Positions 37,640 through 50,954 of a DNA stretch of 64,000 nucleotides are shown here, piece after piece (positions within the stretch are counted from its first letter, which is position 1; each line of letters starts with the position of its first letter). The notes below the pieces were generated by a model, which had not been told where the DNA came from, did not search any database, and worked only from the letters and a program-made list of their open reading frames with translations. Source of the stretch: Octopus sinensis (taxonomy: Eukaryota); NCBI RefSeq assembly GCF_006345805.1, contig NC_043017.1, positions 31,992,001-32,056,000 on the forward strand. The letters are read 5' to 3'. A program made the position numbers and the translations under genes.

Positions 37640-38120
37640 CTAGGACATTTACACCCTCTAGGACAATAACCCCCACCCCAAGGACAACAACCTCCCTAGG
37701 ACAATTACCCACTAGGACAACCACCCCCTAGGACAATTACCCCCAGGACAATTACCCACTAGGACAATTAACCACTAGGACAATTAACCACTAGGACAAT
37801 TAACCACTAGGACAACTACCCACTAGGACAATTACCCACTAGGACAACCACCCCCAAGGACAATTACCCACCAGGACAACCACCCACTAGGACAATTACC
37901 CATCAGGACAATTACCCACTAGGACAATTAACCACTAGGACAACCACCCCTAGGGCAATTACCCACTAGGACAATTAACCACCAGGACAATTAACCACTA
38001 GGACAATTACCCACTAGGACAACCACCCCCTAGGACAATTACCCACTAGGACAATTACTCCCTAGGGCAATTACCCACTAGCAAAATTACCCACAAGGAC
38101 AACCACCCACTAGGACAACA
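37640..38120. repeat. 16-18-bp minisatellite (CTAGGACAATTACCCA-like)
   Basis: Over 25 variant units. Confidence 0.95.
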
Positions 38121-38980
38121 TTAATTTTGATTCATGTACCATTTTGTTATTAAGGCATCTAGCATCTTCTCTAGTGAGTTGGTTTTGTGAAATTTTCATG
38201 TAACCGAGGTGGCGTTTGGAACTTGAAGAAGTTCATGTACATGCTTGTTTTTAAAAACAATATGTGCTGTCATGGCTGTGTGGTAAGAAGCTTGCTTCCC
38301 AACTACAAGGTTCCAGGTTCAGTCCCACTGCATGGCACCTAGGGCAAGTGCCTTCCACTATTGTGAGTAGATTTGGTAGACAGAAACTGAAAAAAGTCTC
38401 TCATATATATGTGCATGTGTGTTTGTCCCTGTAACTTAGCAGTTCAGCAAAAGAGACTGATGGAATAAGTCCTGGGGTTGGTTTCCTCTACTTTAAGATG
38501 GTGCTCCTCAGTCAGGTAACTGAAACAAGTGAAAGAATAAAATAGTTCTTCAAATCAAAGAAGGAGATGGCTTTCGGAAAAGCCGTTATGAAGCAGTTTC
38601 TCACCACTCCGTGCTACTGTTAACAGAGAATGCATAATTAACAATAGCAATGACAACAACAACAACAATAGTGACAAACATGACAAAAACCATTGAAAGA
38701 AACCTGACCTTCTCCACCAGCACAAACTTTAATACAATAAAAACTCTGTAAACACCAAGGCTTGCATACAAAGTGGGAACAGGTTTGGAAATGTATGCAG
38801 AAAACTAGAGCCAGTTCATCAGGATACGAATTCAGAAATGCAAAACACATTTTAATGTGGATGGCAAAATGATTCCTACACCTCACAGCAAATTCTAGAG
38901 GAAACCCAAAAGGATTGGACAAAAAATTAGATGATCTGAGTAGAATGAACAATGCAGGACCAGATTGAAAAGTGCCATAA

Positions 38981-39968
38981 CCCTTTCGTTACCGACCCGG
39001 CTGAAACCGGTTCTAACTCTGTTGTACAAATGTCCTGTTTTCATAAGTTTTGAATTAAAATCTTCCCCCAAACCTTAGTTACAATTTATGTTCCTAATTC
39101 TAGCTTAATGATAACCAAGTTATTTCACTAAATTCTTTGTTACATTTAAAATTAATTGAAAGAAACACAGAGCATCTCAACAGAATTATAGTAATGAAAG
39201 GGTTAAGTCATGGCTAAAATTGAAACAGACCTAATTAGGTCTGAAGAAGTTACCAAATTCTTAGAACTCCATATACAGAATTATGTAAAACCTTTAGTAT
39301 TAATATAACTCAACTAACAAATAAGATCAGTTGAACCCAGTTGATTATCTTAAGGAATATCTCATCCTCTTAACCCTTATGTTACCAACCTGGCTGAAAC
39401 CAGCTCTGGCTCTGAGTTCAAATGTCTTGTTTTCATAAGTTTTGAATTAAAATTTTCCACCAAACCTTAGTCACAGTTTATGTTCCTAACACTCGCTGAA
39501 TGATAACTAAGTTATTTTTGCAAAATTCTTTGTTATATCCAAAATAATTGAGAGAAAGACAGAACATCTCAAAATATATACAGTAACGAAAGGGTTAAGA
39601 AGAAAAATAATCAGCAGAAGACATGAGAGAAGGAGACCTCAATGTGGTCACTCTATATGCTAGAAATAGTAACCTAAATTTCCTTCAATCCACACCCTTC
39701 CAACGACTTCTAATGTGCATCTGCCCAAATGTAAAGGCGTGTTTAACCCTTTTGATACCAACCCGACTAAAACCACCTCTGGCTCTGTAGTACAAATGTC
39801 TTGTTTTCGTAAGTTTTGAATTAAAATCTTCCACCAAAACTTAGTCACAAATTATGTTCCTAAAACTAGCTTAATGATAACTAAGTTATTTTACAAAAAT
39901 TCTTTGTTATATCCAAAAGAATTGAGAGAAAGACAGAACATCTCAAAATAAATACTGTAACGAAAGGG
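38981..39968 (+). mobile_element. Three ~221-bp TTAA/CCC..GGG/TTAA MITEs (38981-39202, 39374-39594, 39747-39968), piggyBac-type termini
   Basis: TIR CCCTTTCGTTAC; TTAA flanks (first left flank is ATAA). Confidence 0.85.
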
Positions 39969-40094
39969 TTAAACCAACCTGGAGCTCAAAAGCTGTGCTA
40001 TTTTGACTCATTCGAGAAAATGTTTCAAACTAAACACACAAATGAATATTTGACAACATTAGATTACCTGAACTCCACTAGATTTATACATACC

Positions 40095-40469
40095 AGGCGT
40101 AGGAGTGGCTGTGTGGTAAGTAGCTTGCTAACCAACCACATGGTTCTGGGTTCAGTTCCACTGCGTGGCATCTTGGGCAAGTGTCTTCTGCTATAGCCCC
40201 GGGCCGACCAATGCCTTGTGAGTATGTATATATATATGTATGTATGTGTGTGTATGTGTTTGTGTGTCTGTGTTTGTCTTCCTAGCATTACTTGACAACC
40301 GATGCTGGTGTGTTTACGTCCCCGTCACTTAGCGATTCGGCAAAAGAGACCGATAGAATAAGTACCGGGCTTACAAAGAATAAGTCCCGGGGTCGATTTG
40401 CTCGACTAAAGGCAGTACTCCTGCATGGCCGCAGTCAAATGACTGAAACAAGTAAAAGAGTAAAAGAGA
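40095..40469 (+). mobile_element. SINE family A with short TSD (ATACC)
   Basis: Family match. Confidence 0.85.
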
Positions 40470-41944
40470 TACCTTGATCAGAGAGTTGGAAAAGTAAAAG
40501 CAGCAGAGGTCCCACCTGAAGCAAAATGCCTTCTTGCTTGTGGCAGGTGTAACATACGACAGAAAATTAATGAAATCTTCTGGAAATTGGGAATGGAAAA
40601 ATTTTCAGGCACAGGGATGGAACTATTTTTCCAAACATAACAAGATATCACAGAGGCCATCCCAAATGGTTTTCTGTTTTGCAAGTACTTTTAGGACAGA
40701 AGGTTGAAATTTCCTGGTATAGTTTCTATGGCTAGATGCCCTTCCTAATGCCAACCACTTAGCACCCAGCACATTCTGTTAAGTGGTTGGCATTAGGAAG
40801 GGCATGCAGCCATAGAAACCATGCCACAACAGACAGTTGGAGCTTGAACAGCTCCCTCCTCGCCAGCTCCATGTCTGCATGTAACGTAGACATTAAACGA
40901 TGATGATGATGAGGGGATGCAAACCATGTAAGTTCTTTTGCATTCACTACAAAAAAGGAGGAGGACTTCTTCACCACAACAGCAGCAGACCCCCAAGCAG
41001 CAACAAGAGTGGAGGCGCAATGGTCTAGTGGTTAGGGCAGCGGACTAGCTATCGTAAGAACAGAGTTTCAATTCTCATTGTGAGTGTTTATTGAGCAAAA
41101 GCACCTAAGCTCTATGAGGCTCCGGCGGGGATGGGTGGGGTGAACTCTGCTCTACTCTTTCTGCTGGGGTCGATGTAATCAACTTAAACCCCGCCCCGCA
41201 AAATTCCTGGCCTTGTGCCAAAATTTGAAACCATTATTATCGTTATTATCATTTAGTGATCTGGCAGAACCAAATGGATGCTGGATGAAATATTTAGTGG
41301 CATGTCTTCTAGCTTTATGTTCTGAGTTCCAGTTCCGATGGGGCCAACTGTGCCTTTTATTTTTCTAGGTCTGATAAGTAAAGTAAAATTAAGTGAAGTT
41401 CTAGGGTTGATGGTATTAACTAGTCCTTCACCCTAAATTTCTGACCTCGGGTCTCTGTTAGAAACAAACAGAATTATCATTTCTGCAACAAGATACATAA
41501 GAAAACTTTGCTGTTTGACTTTACAAATCTGTAGCTACCCACCAAGAAACTTTGCCAATTAATTTATATTAAAGTTCAGAGCCTTAGAGATAAAACAGAT
41601 ACCAAACATTATGTAAGAAACACATGTAACAGGATGAAGGTCTCAGGAACACTTGAGGGGTGTTGGTCTTATCTTGTTACATTCAATTGTGTTGAAAGGA
41701 AAACCAAAACTTTGACTATCTTCAAAAGCAATAAATAATATTTTATTCTTGTCTCGATTCACAAATAAAATACATACACATTCAGTGGGAACAGGTAGCC
41801 AAGTCTGTAAAACTATTCATAAAAGTTAACTTGTGTGAGCCAAAATGCTGTCTCCGTTCCCGCGTAGAAGGGGGCTTCTCTGCGTGTTGGGTTTTCTTTG
41901 AGAGAAGGTTGAGCTGTGTCCACTTGATAGGGCTGCAGATACAA

Positions 41945-43285
41945 AAAGACAGATCTAGCGGGAAAACCTTCTGTTGGCAGTTCTCTGTGCATGCACATGA
42001 GGGAACTTCCGGCAGCCTACCAGAAGTAATCCAACTCTGCTCATGCACATTGGAAACTTCTAAAAATAGCGTCACTACACACAGCACAAACAGTAACATT
42101 AACCAAAAAAAAAAGACCTGTCTAGCGGGAAATCTTTCTTGTGCATGAGGGAACTTCCGACAGCCTACCAGAAGTAATCCAACTCTGTGCATGCACACTG
42201 GAAACTTCCAAAATAGCGTCACTACACACAGCACAAACAGTAACATTAACCAAGAAGAAGGCCCACGTCTAGCGGGAAATCTTTCTGCTGCATGAGGGAA
42301 CTTCCGGCAGCCTACCAGAAGTAATCCAACTCTGCGCATGCATGCTGAAAACTTCCAAAATAGCGTCACTACACAGCACAAACAGTAACATTAACCAAAA
42401 AACAAGACCTGTCTAGCGGGAAATCTTTCTGTTGCATGAGGGAACTTCCGGCAGCCTACCAGAAGTAATCCAACTCTGCGCATGCATGCTGAAAACTTCC
42501 AAAATAGCGTCACTAACACAGCACAAACAGTAACATTAACCAAAAAACAAGACCTGTCTAGCGGGAAATCTTTCTGTTGCATGAGGGAACTTCCGGCAGC
42601 CTACCAGAAGTAATCCAGCTCTGCGCATGCATGCTGAAAACTTCCAAAATAGCGTCACTACACAGCACAAACAGTAACCTTAACCAAAAAACAAGACCTG
42701 TCTAGCGGGAAATCTTTCTGTTGCATGAGGGAACTTCCGGCAGCCTACCAGAAGTAATCCAACTCTGCGCATGCATGCTGAAAACTTCCAAAATAGCGTC
42801 ACTACACAGCACAAACAGTAACATTAACCAAAAAACAAGACCTGTCTAGCGGGAAATCTTTCTGTTGCATGAGGGAACTTCCGGCAGCCTACCAGAAGTA
42901 ATCCAGCTCTGCGCATGCATGCTGAAAACTTCCAAAATAGCGTCACTACACAGCACAAACAGTAACCTTAACCAAAAAACAAGACCTGTCTAGCGGGAAA
43001 TCTTTCTGTTGCATGAGGGAACTTCCGGCAGCCTACCAGAAGTAATCCAACTCTGCGCATGCATGCTGAAAACTTCCAAAATAGCGTCACTACACAGCAC
43101 AAACAGTAACATTAACCAAAAAACAAGACCTGTCTAGCGGGAAATCTTTCTGTTGCATGAGGGAACTTCCGGCAGCCTACCAGAAGTAATCCAGCTCTGC
43201 GCATGCGTGCTGAAAACTTCCGAAAATAGCGTCACTACACACAGCACAAACAGTAACTTTAACCAAAAAAAAAACCTGTCTAGTG
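41945..43285. repeat. 144-bp tandem repeat, 9 units plus a partial
   Basis: TCTAGCGGG at about 41955, 42121, 42269, 42412, 42557, 42701, 42845, 42989, 43133. Confidence 0.95.
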
Positions 43286-44784
43286 CCAGATGTGAAGCTA
43301 AAGTACTCCACCACCAACATTAAGCGATGGAATATATTCTAGTTGAGTTAGAGCAAGCTACACAGAGATCTTAATAACTCTAACAGCTTTTAGCTTTTAA
43401 TTTTCAATAACATTTTGCTTAAAGAGTTTTAATTTAAAAGCTTCTGATACAGTCAAAGATATTTTTCGTTTTCATGTTGATGTCGATGTTCTATTGTTTT
43501 GTTTGTTGATGAAGCTGTTTGTTGTTGTTTTTTTTAATGCTGTTTTTTCCTGTTTTTTCTTAATGCTGTTTTTTTCCTGTTTTTTTTTTGTTTTGTTTTT
43601 GGCTCGCTTGCAAGGGGAATTATTTTTTGTTGCTGTCCTCCTCTGTTGTTGCTGTTCCTATTATTATTACTATTGTTGTTGTTGTTGTAATTTTTACTGA
43701 AGTCATAAAACTATACATTATTATGTCCTAGTTGCAGCAGGTAATAAAAACAACTTATAAATTAATTAATTAGCCATAGCATTAGCATGAACTTTGTAAA
43801 TGGTCATAAAATTTCTAATGTATACGTGTATATATATAAATGTGCGTATGTGTGCATATTAATCGTGTGTATGTATATATGCATGTATATAAATCTAAAT
43901 TATGCATACACATATGAAATATATATACATATATATATATATATACATATAAATAATTATTATAATACATAATATATATATGTATATATATACATATATA
44001 TATGCATATAAATAATTATGTACATACATATGTATGTATACATATAAATAAGTGTGTTTATGTATGTATGCATATAAATGTGTATGCATTTATGTATGTA
44101 AATATAAATGCAGATGCAAAGATTCACCATATATATATACTAGTGTGTGTGAGTGGTGTGTGTGTGTGTGTGGTGTGTGTGTGTGTGTGTCATTTATGTT
44201 GCTATATCATGATGGTCTTTCAGTATTATTTTTTTTTATTCTCTTTTTGCCTTTGAAAATATGCAATTTGATTTTTTTTCTTTTCCTTTTTTTTTTTTAT
44301 CGTTATATAGAAAGTTATTAAAAAATATATCGACATAAAAACAGGAATAGAGATAAAACAAAAAAAAAAAAAGCAATGAGGTAAAAAAAACACTGAAAGC
44401 TTTCTGTTTACCGCTTCTTTTAGTAACGCAGTATTTCAACCCTTCATTTTGTTTCTAATGGAAGCAACATTTTATATTCTCTGAGATAAGACTAATGTTA
44501 TAGCAAGATCAGTAACAAACACATAACTTTCATGGTGTTTAAGTTATCCTAAAATGCTTAACTAATGTGTTAATAATAGTTACTGATAATAAGATAAAGT
44601 CATCATCATCGTCATTATTATTATTATTATCATCATTATCATTATTATTATTATTATGGTTATTATTATTATCATTATTGTTGTTATTATTATTAGAAAG
44701 GAATGATGTTTGTTATTATGCTCACTGTAATTGGTGTCTGGTTTTTACGAGAATCAAATGTAGGGTGAGCCTGACATGGTTTAA

Positions 44785-46082
44785 CCCTTTCGTTACCTTA
44801 TTTATTGTAAGATACTCTGTGTTTCTTTCAATTAATTCTAAATATAACAAAGAATTTAACAAAATAACTTGGTTATCATTCAGCTAGTTTTAGGAACATA
44901 ACTTGTGACTAAGGTTTGGTGGAAGATTTTAATTCAAAACTTATGAAAACAAGACATTTGTACTCAGAGCTAGAGCCGGTTTCAGCCAGGTTGGTAAGGA
45001 AAGGGTTAAGGGGATGAGATATACCTTAAGATAATCAACTGGGTTCAACTGATCTTATTTGTTAGTTGAGTTATATTAATACTAAAGGTTTTACATAATT
45101 CTGTATTTGGAGTTCTAAGAATTTGATTACTTCTTCAGACCTAATTAGCTCTGTTTCAATTTTAGCCATGACTTAACCCTTTCATTACTATAATTCTATT
45201 GGGATGCTCTGTGTTTCTTTCAATTATTTTAAATATAACAAAGAATTTAGTGAAATAACTTAGTTATCATTCAGCTAGTGTTAGGAACATAAATTGTGAC
45301 TAAGGTTGGTGGAAGATTTTAATTCAAACCTTTTGAAAACAAGACATTTGTACTCAGAGCTAGAGCCGGTTTCAGCCAGGTTGGTAAGGAAAGGGTTAAG
45401 GGGATGAGATATACCTTAAGATAATCAACTGGGTTCAACTGATCTTATTTGTTAGTTGAGTTATATTAATACTAAAGGTTTTACATAATTCTGTATTTGG
45501 AGTTCTAAGAATTTGATTACTTCTTCAGACCTAATTAGCTCTGTTTCAATTTTAGCCATGACTTAACCCTTTCATTACTATAATTCTATTGGGATGCTCT
45601 GTGTTTCTTTCAATTATTTTAAATATAACAAAGAATTTAGTGAAATAACTTAGTTATCATTAAGCTAGAGTTAGGAACATAAATTGTGACTAAGGTTTGG
45701 TGGAAGATTTTAATTAAAAACTTATGAAAACAAGACATTTGTACTACAGAGCCAGAGGGGGTTTTAGCCGGGTTGGTAACGAAAGGGTTAAAGATACTAA
45801 GCCATGATACCATTCAATATACTAAAACTGGGATCACATGCTTACAAAGAAAGCTTCTTAACCCTTTCATGACCAACTTGGCTGAAACCACCTCTGGCTC
45901 TGTAGCACAAATGCCTTGTTTTCATAAGTTTTGAATTAAAATCTTCCACCAAAACTTAGTCACAATTTATATTCCTAACACTAGCTTAATGATAACCAAG
46001 TTATTTCACTAAATTCTTTGTTACATTTAAAGTAATTGAAAGAAACAGAGAACCCCTCAAAATAAATACAGTAACGAAAGGG
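44785..46082. mobile_element. Four TTAA MITEs: 44785-45005, 45177-45395, 45567-45787 (minus) and 45862-46082 (plus)
   Basis: Same family as 38981-39968; the first three form a 390-bp tandem with a shared spacer. Confidence 0.85.
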
Positions 46083-46447
46083 TTAAACAACAGCCATCCC
46101 TGAAACTCAACCACAAACAGTATCATACATCACAGAAAATGATCTGCAGAGATAAACTAGTGTTAAATGAGACAGATGGTTATAGCAAAAAAAGGAGTAT
46201 TTCAAATAATCTTTTTGTTGTTGTTTCACTGCTGATCCGCCTTGTTTAAAACAACCTAAAATGAAAGCCAATCCAACTTTGACTCTCCTGTCTTTCTAGT
46301 GGTATCTTGGACTACTTTTGCCTTAACCATTTTCTATTTAAATCAGCCATATCTCGCTCAAATATTCTACTTGCTTTATATTCAAAACTGGCAAGATTCG
46401 GCCTTTCACACTTACCCTACAATGTCATTGTAAAGATGAACAATCAT

Positions 46448-46830
46448 AGGCGCAGGAGTGGCTGTGTGGTAAGTAGATTGCTTACCAACCACATGGTTTC
46501 GGGTTCAGTCCTACTGCCTGGCACCTTTGGCAAGCAAGTGTCTTCTACTATAGCCTCGGGCCAACCAAAGCCTTCTGAATGGATTTGGTTGATGGAAACT
46601 GAAAGAAGCCCATCGTATGTATATATCTATGTATATATATGTGTGTGTGTTTGTGCATCACTTGACAACCGATGCTGGTGTGTTTATGTCTCCATAACTT
46701 AGCGGTTCGGCAAAACAGACCAATAGAATAAGTACTAGGCTTACAAAGAATAAGTCCTAGGGTCGATTTGCTCGACTAAAGGCGGTGCTCCAGCATGGCC
46801 ACAGTCAAAATGACTGAAACAAGTAAAAGA
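46448..46830 (+). mobile_element. SINE family A
   Basis: Family match. Confidence 0.85.
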
Positions 46831-47204
46831 TTAATCATATCATTGAAATCTCAATGCTACAAGATAATACATGGTTAATTCAAAGCAATGTGAGTAATTA
46901 ATTATTACATTTGACAGAGGAATCTGAAGGCTAAAGGGGTAATCAAAAATTATCTGGCATAAAGCATTGCAGCTGTAGCAATCCGTTTTATATCTTCATT
47001 ACATATGGTGTGATTTGAAGGTGATTTTGATTGCTATTTCTAGCTATTTGGGCGACCATGTAGAAAGTCCTGTGCTGCACATTGTAACCAGTTGACATCA
47101 GGTGATGTCATCCTACATGAAGGAAATATTGTTTAGGCAATAATACAACAAGGAAACCAGATGGTACTCTCACCTGCCAGTAAACATCCCTCTTTTCCTG
47201 TCAG

Positions 47205-47244
<40 letters not shown>

Positions 47245-47488
47245 ACTTTCTATCTTTTTCTATTTCCTTATTTCAGAGCAATAACTATTGTAAGATGTGA
47301 TATCAGGTGTAAGCTAGTTCTCTTTTGTAGCTTCAGAAGGCTGTTAATGAAATATAAAAGATAAGGTGAGGTACAATTCGCAGAAGAAGGATGTGAGAGG
47401 TGGCGAAAATAAAGGGCTAACTTGCATTTCAGTTACATACCTCCAGTAGATATACTAATAAAAGGCAAATCAAAAACAAAAATAAAAA

Positions 47489-47890
47489 CAGGAGTGGCTG
47501 TGTGGCAAGTAGCTTGCTTACCAACCACATGGTTACGGGTTCAGTTCCACTGCATGGCAACTTGGGCAAATGTCTTCTGCTATAGCCCCGGCCTGACCAA
47601 TGCCTTGTAATTGGATTTGGTAGACGGAAACTGAAAGAAGCCTGTCGTATATATGTATGTGTGTGTATATGTTTGTGTGTCTGTGTTTGTCCCCCTAGCA
47701 TTGCTTGACAACCAATGCTGGTGTCTTTACATCCCCGTAACTTAGCGGTTCGTTCGGCAAAAGAGACCGATAGAATAAGTACTGGGCTTCCAAAGAATAA
47801 GTCCCAGGGTCGATTTGCTCGACTAAAGGCGGTGCTCCAGCATGGCCGCAGTCAAATGACTGAAACAAGTAAAAGAGAGTAAAAGAGAAA
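47489..47890 (+). mobile_element. SINE family A
   Basis: Family match. Confidence 0.85.
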
Positions 47891-48099
47891 AGTGAAAAGA
47901 GTGTATGCGATGAATGTATCAGGTTGATGCTTAAAGGAAGTTTAAGTTGGTAAAAAATGAAAAAAAGGGTGTGACATTTTGCGCATGGGTTTTCATTAGA
48001 AAGGAGAAAGAGGTAAAAGCCTAGCGGGAAGGAAGAGAAAGTTTGACAAAGCCACACATGCTGTTACATGGCCGCAGAATAACTGTGTGCAAGCACAGG

Positions 48100-48243
48100 C
48101 ATGGCTGTGTGGCAAGGAGCTTGCTTCCCAACCACATGGTTCCGGGTTCAGTCCCACTGTGTGGTACCTTGGGAAAGTGTCTTTTACTATAGCCTTGTCA
48201 GTGGATTTGGTTGATGGAAACTGAAAGAAGCCCGTCATGTGTG

Positions 48244-48323
<80 letters not shown>

Positions 48324-48800
48324 ATGTATGTATATATATGTGGTGTGTGTGTGTGTGTGCATGTGTGTGCATGTGTGTCTTTGTGCTTGTCCCCTTATTA
48401 CCTATTTCTTTACTACCCACAAGGGGCTACACAAAGGCAGGGGGACAAACAAGGACAGACAAACAGATTAAGTCGATTATATTAACCCCAGTGCATAACT
48501 GGCATTTATCTAATCGACCCTGAAAGGATGAAAGGTAAAGTTGACCTCGGCGGATTTGGTTGATGGAAACTGAAAGAAGCCCATCATGTGTGTGTATCTA
48601 CATATATATATGTGTGTGTGTGTGTGTGTTTGTGCTTGACAACTGGTGCTGGTGTGTTTCCATCCCCATAACTTAGCGGTTTGGCAAAAGAGACCAATAT
48701 AATAAGTATTAGGCTTACAAAGTATAAATCCTGGGGTTGATTTATTTGACTTAAACCCTTCAAGGTGACGCTCCAGCATGGCCACGGTTAAATGACAGAA
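48100..48800 (+). mobile_element. Older family A SINE with a family B 3' fragment (48395-48555, minus) at its internal microsatellite
   Basis: Family matches on both sides of the insert. Confidence 0.7.
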
Positions 48801-49113
48801 GCAAATAAAAGGATATAGAGGCAAATCAAAAATAAAAACAAAAACAGGACAAACAACAAGGGCCAAGAGGTAAAAAATTTAGGGAGAAAGAAAGGACTAA
48901 TCCATGTAATGCATGGACTAGTCCATTAAAATATATATTAGGGATTCACTCTCACAAAAGGACATTGTCTTCAAGATTGTCCTTTGTATCATCACCATCA
49001 TCATTATCATAATCATCACTATTATTATTATTATTATTATAATCATCATTATTATTATTATCATCATCATTCTTCTTCTTCTTCTTCTTCTTATTATTAT
49101 TATTATTATTATT

Positions 49114-49695
49114 GAGAGCGGTGCATGTCATCAAAGTGACACTGGGGTAAAATATACGAAGCCCAGTATACCCATCACAACTACCCGTCTGATAAGGGTA
49201 CACCAGACACATGCATCACAACCATATGTGCGCGACATGGTGATCTCATATCAAGATAAACAGTACATGACCTTGCAGGTGGGGCCCAGTTAGAATTTTC
49301 TTCAAGTTGAGTAGCCCATCCCGCTCAAACGGTCCCTGAATAAGGGTTGTTTAAGGATGTTGAAAGAACCACCCATGTTTCCAGAGGTGAACTATTCAAA
49401 CCCCAAAGAATCCCTCTCAACACATGGCTATGATGCTCCCCCACTACTTCTGCTCGTGATCAGAGATGCACATATCGTCAGCCACTAAGGGACATGCTCA
49501 ACTGGTTATGGTCAAACAACTGACAAGCAAATCTGTGGTATTGAGCAGAATATTTGCTGTAGCCCATCTTTTATACCAAGACAAAACAATGTACATGATA
49601 ACACTTCCAAGCAGTTAAGATCAGAAGCCATGAGAGCCACTGCCTGGTACTGCATCAGGGCATTTATTTTATTATTATTATTATTATTATTATCA

Positions 49696-49726
<31 letters not shown>

Positions 49727-49733
49727 CATCATT

Positions 49734-49802
<69 letters not shown>

Positions 49803-50116
49803 GAGAGCGGTGCATGTCATCAAAGTGACACTGGGGTAAAATATACGAAACCCAGTATACCCATCACAACTACCCGTCTGATAAGGGTACACCAGGCACA
49901 TGCATCACAACCATATGTGCACGACATGGTGATCTCATATCAAGATAAACAGCTCATGACCTTGCAGGTGGGGCCCAGTTAGAATTTTCTTCAGGTCGAG
50001 TAACCCATCCCGCTCAAAAGGTCTCTGAATAAGGGTGGTTTAAGGATGTTGAACGAAACACCCATGTTTCCAAAGGTGAATTATCCAAACCTCTAAGAAA
50101 TCCTCTCAACACATGG

Positions 50117-50118
<2 letters not shown>
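49114..50118 (-). mobile_element. Two tandem copies of the (TAA)n-associated element (49114-49664 full, 49803-50118 truncated)
   Basis: High similarity to 34819-35374. Confidence 0.8.
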
Positions 50119-50119
<1 letters not shown>

Positions 50120-50157
<38 letters not shown>

Positions 50158-50158
50158 C

Positions 50159-50190
<32 letters not shown>

Positions 50191-50192
50191 TA

Positions 50193-50239
<47 letters not shown>

Positions 50240-50923
50240 ATTATTATTATATTTACCCTTAACATTGCTGTCATCATTAGTACCACAACCACCATCATCA
50301 TTAACAGCATCATTATCACCAACACCATTGTTATACCTGCCATCATCATCATCATCAGCCTCATCATTGTTACCGTCACCATCGCCACTACCACAACTGC
50401 CACCGCCATTATCCTCTTTACTACAATGGCCACCACCACTGACAACACCCTTCCAACACCAATATCCTCATTTTTTCCCATTATTACCATCGCTACCAGT
50501 ACAATTATCATCATCACCATCATCGTTATTTGCACCGCCAAACCACTAATACCATCGACATTAGCATTACCACTACCACCACCACCACCACCACCAGACC
50601 TATCACCTTCACCATCACCACCGGCATCACCACCCTAACCACTGATACCATATTTTGAAGAAATGTTTTCCAAAGTTACTTTTTGTTTACATTGTCTAAT
50701 CGATAACCAATTTAGCAGAAAGATTAGCTTGACGAGTGAAAGAAACAAGAAAACGAGTGGGGGGGGGGAAATGGTAAAAAAAAAAGAAAAAAATTACAGA
50801 AATGAACAAAGAAAAGAGAATAGAGCGACACACACACACACACACATACGCACACACACACGCATACTTACACACTGATGCGTCCACTTTCACATAGACA
50901 CACGCACTGACATACACATGCAT

Positions 50924-50954
<31 letters not shown>

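Noticed and set aside
40470-40655. Protein-like frame YLDQRVGKVKAAEVPPEAKCLLACGR
   Set aside because: No recognised homology, splice signals are weak, and a SINE sits in its 5' end.
41945-43285. 144-bp (48-codon) repeat as a coding repeat or CRISPR array
   Set aside because: Stops occur in all six frames of the homogeneous units, there are no unique spacers, and the context is eukaryotic.
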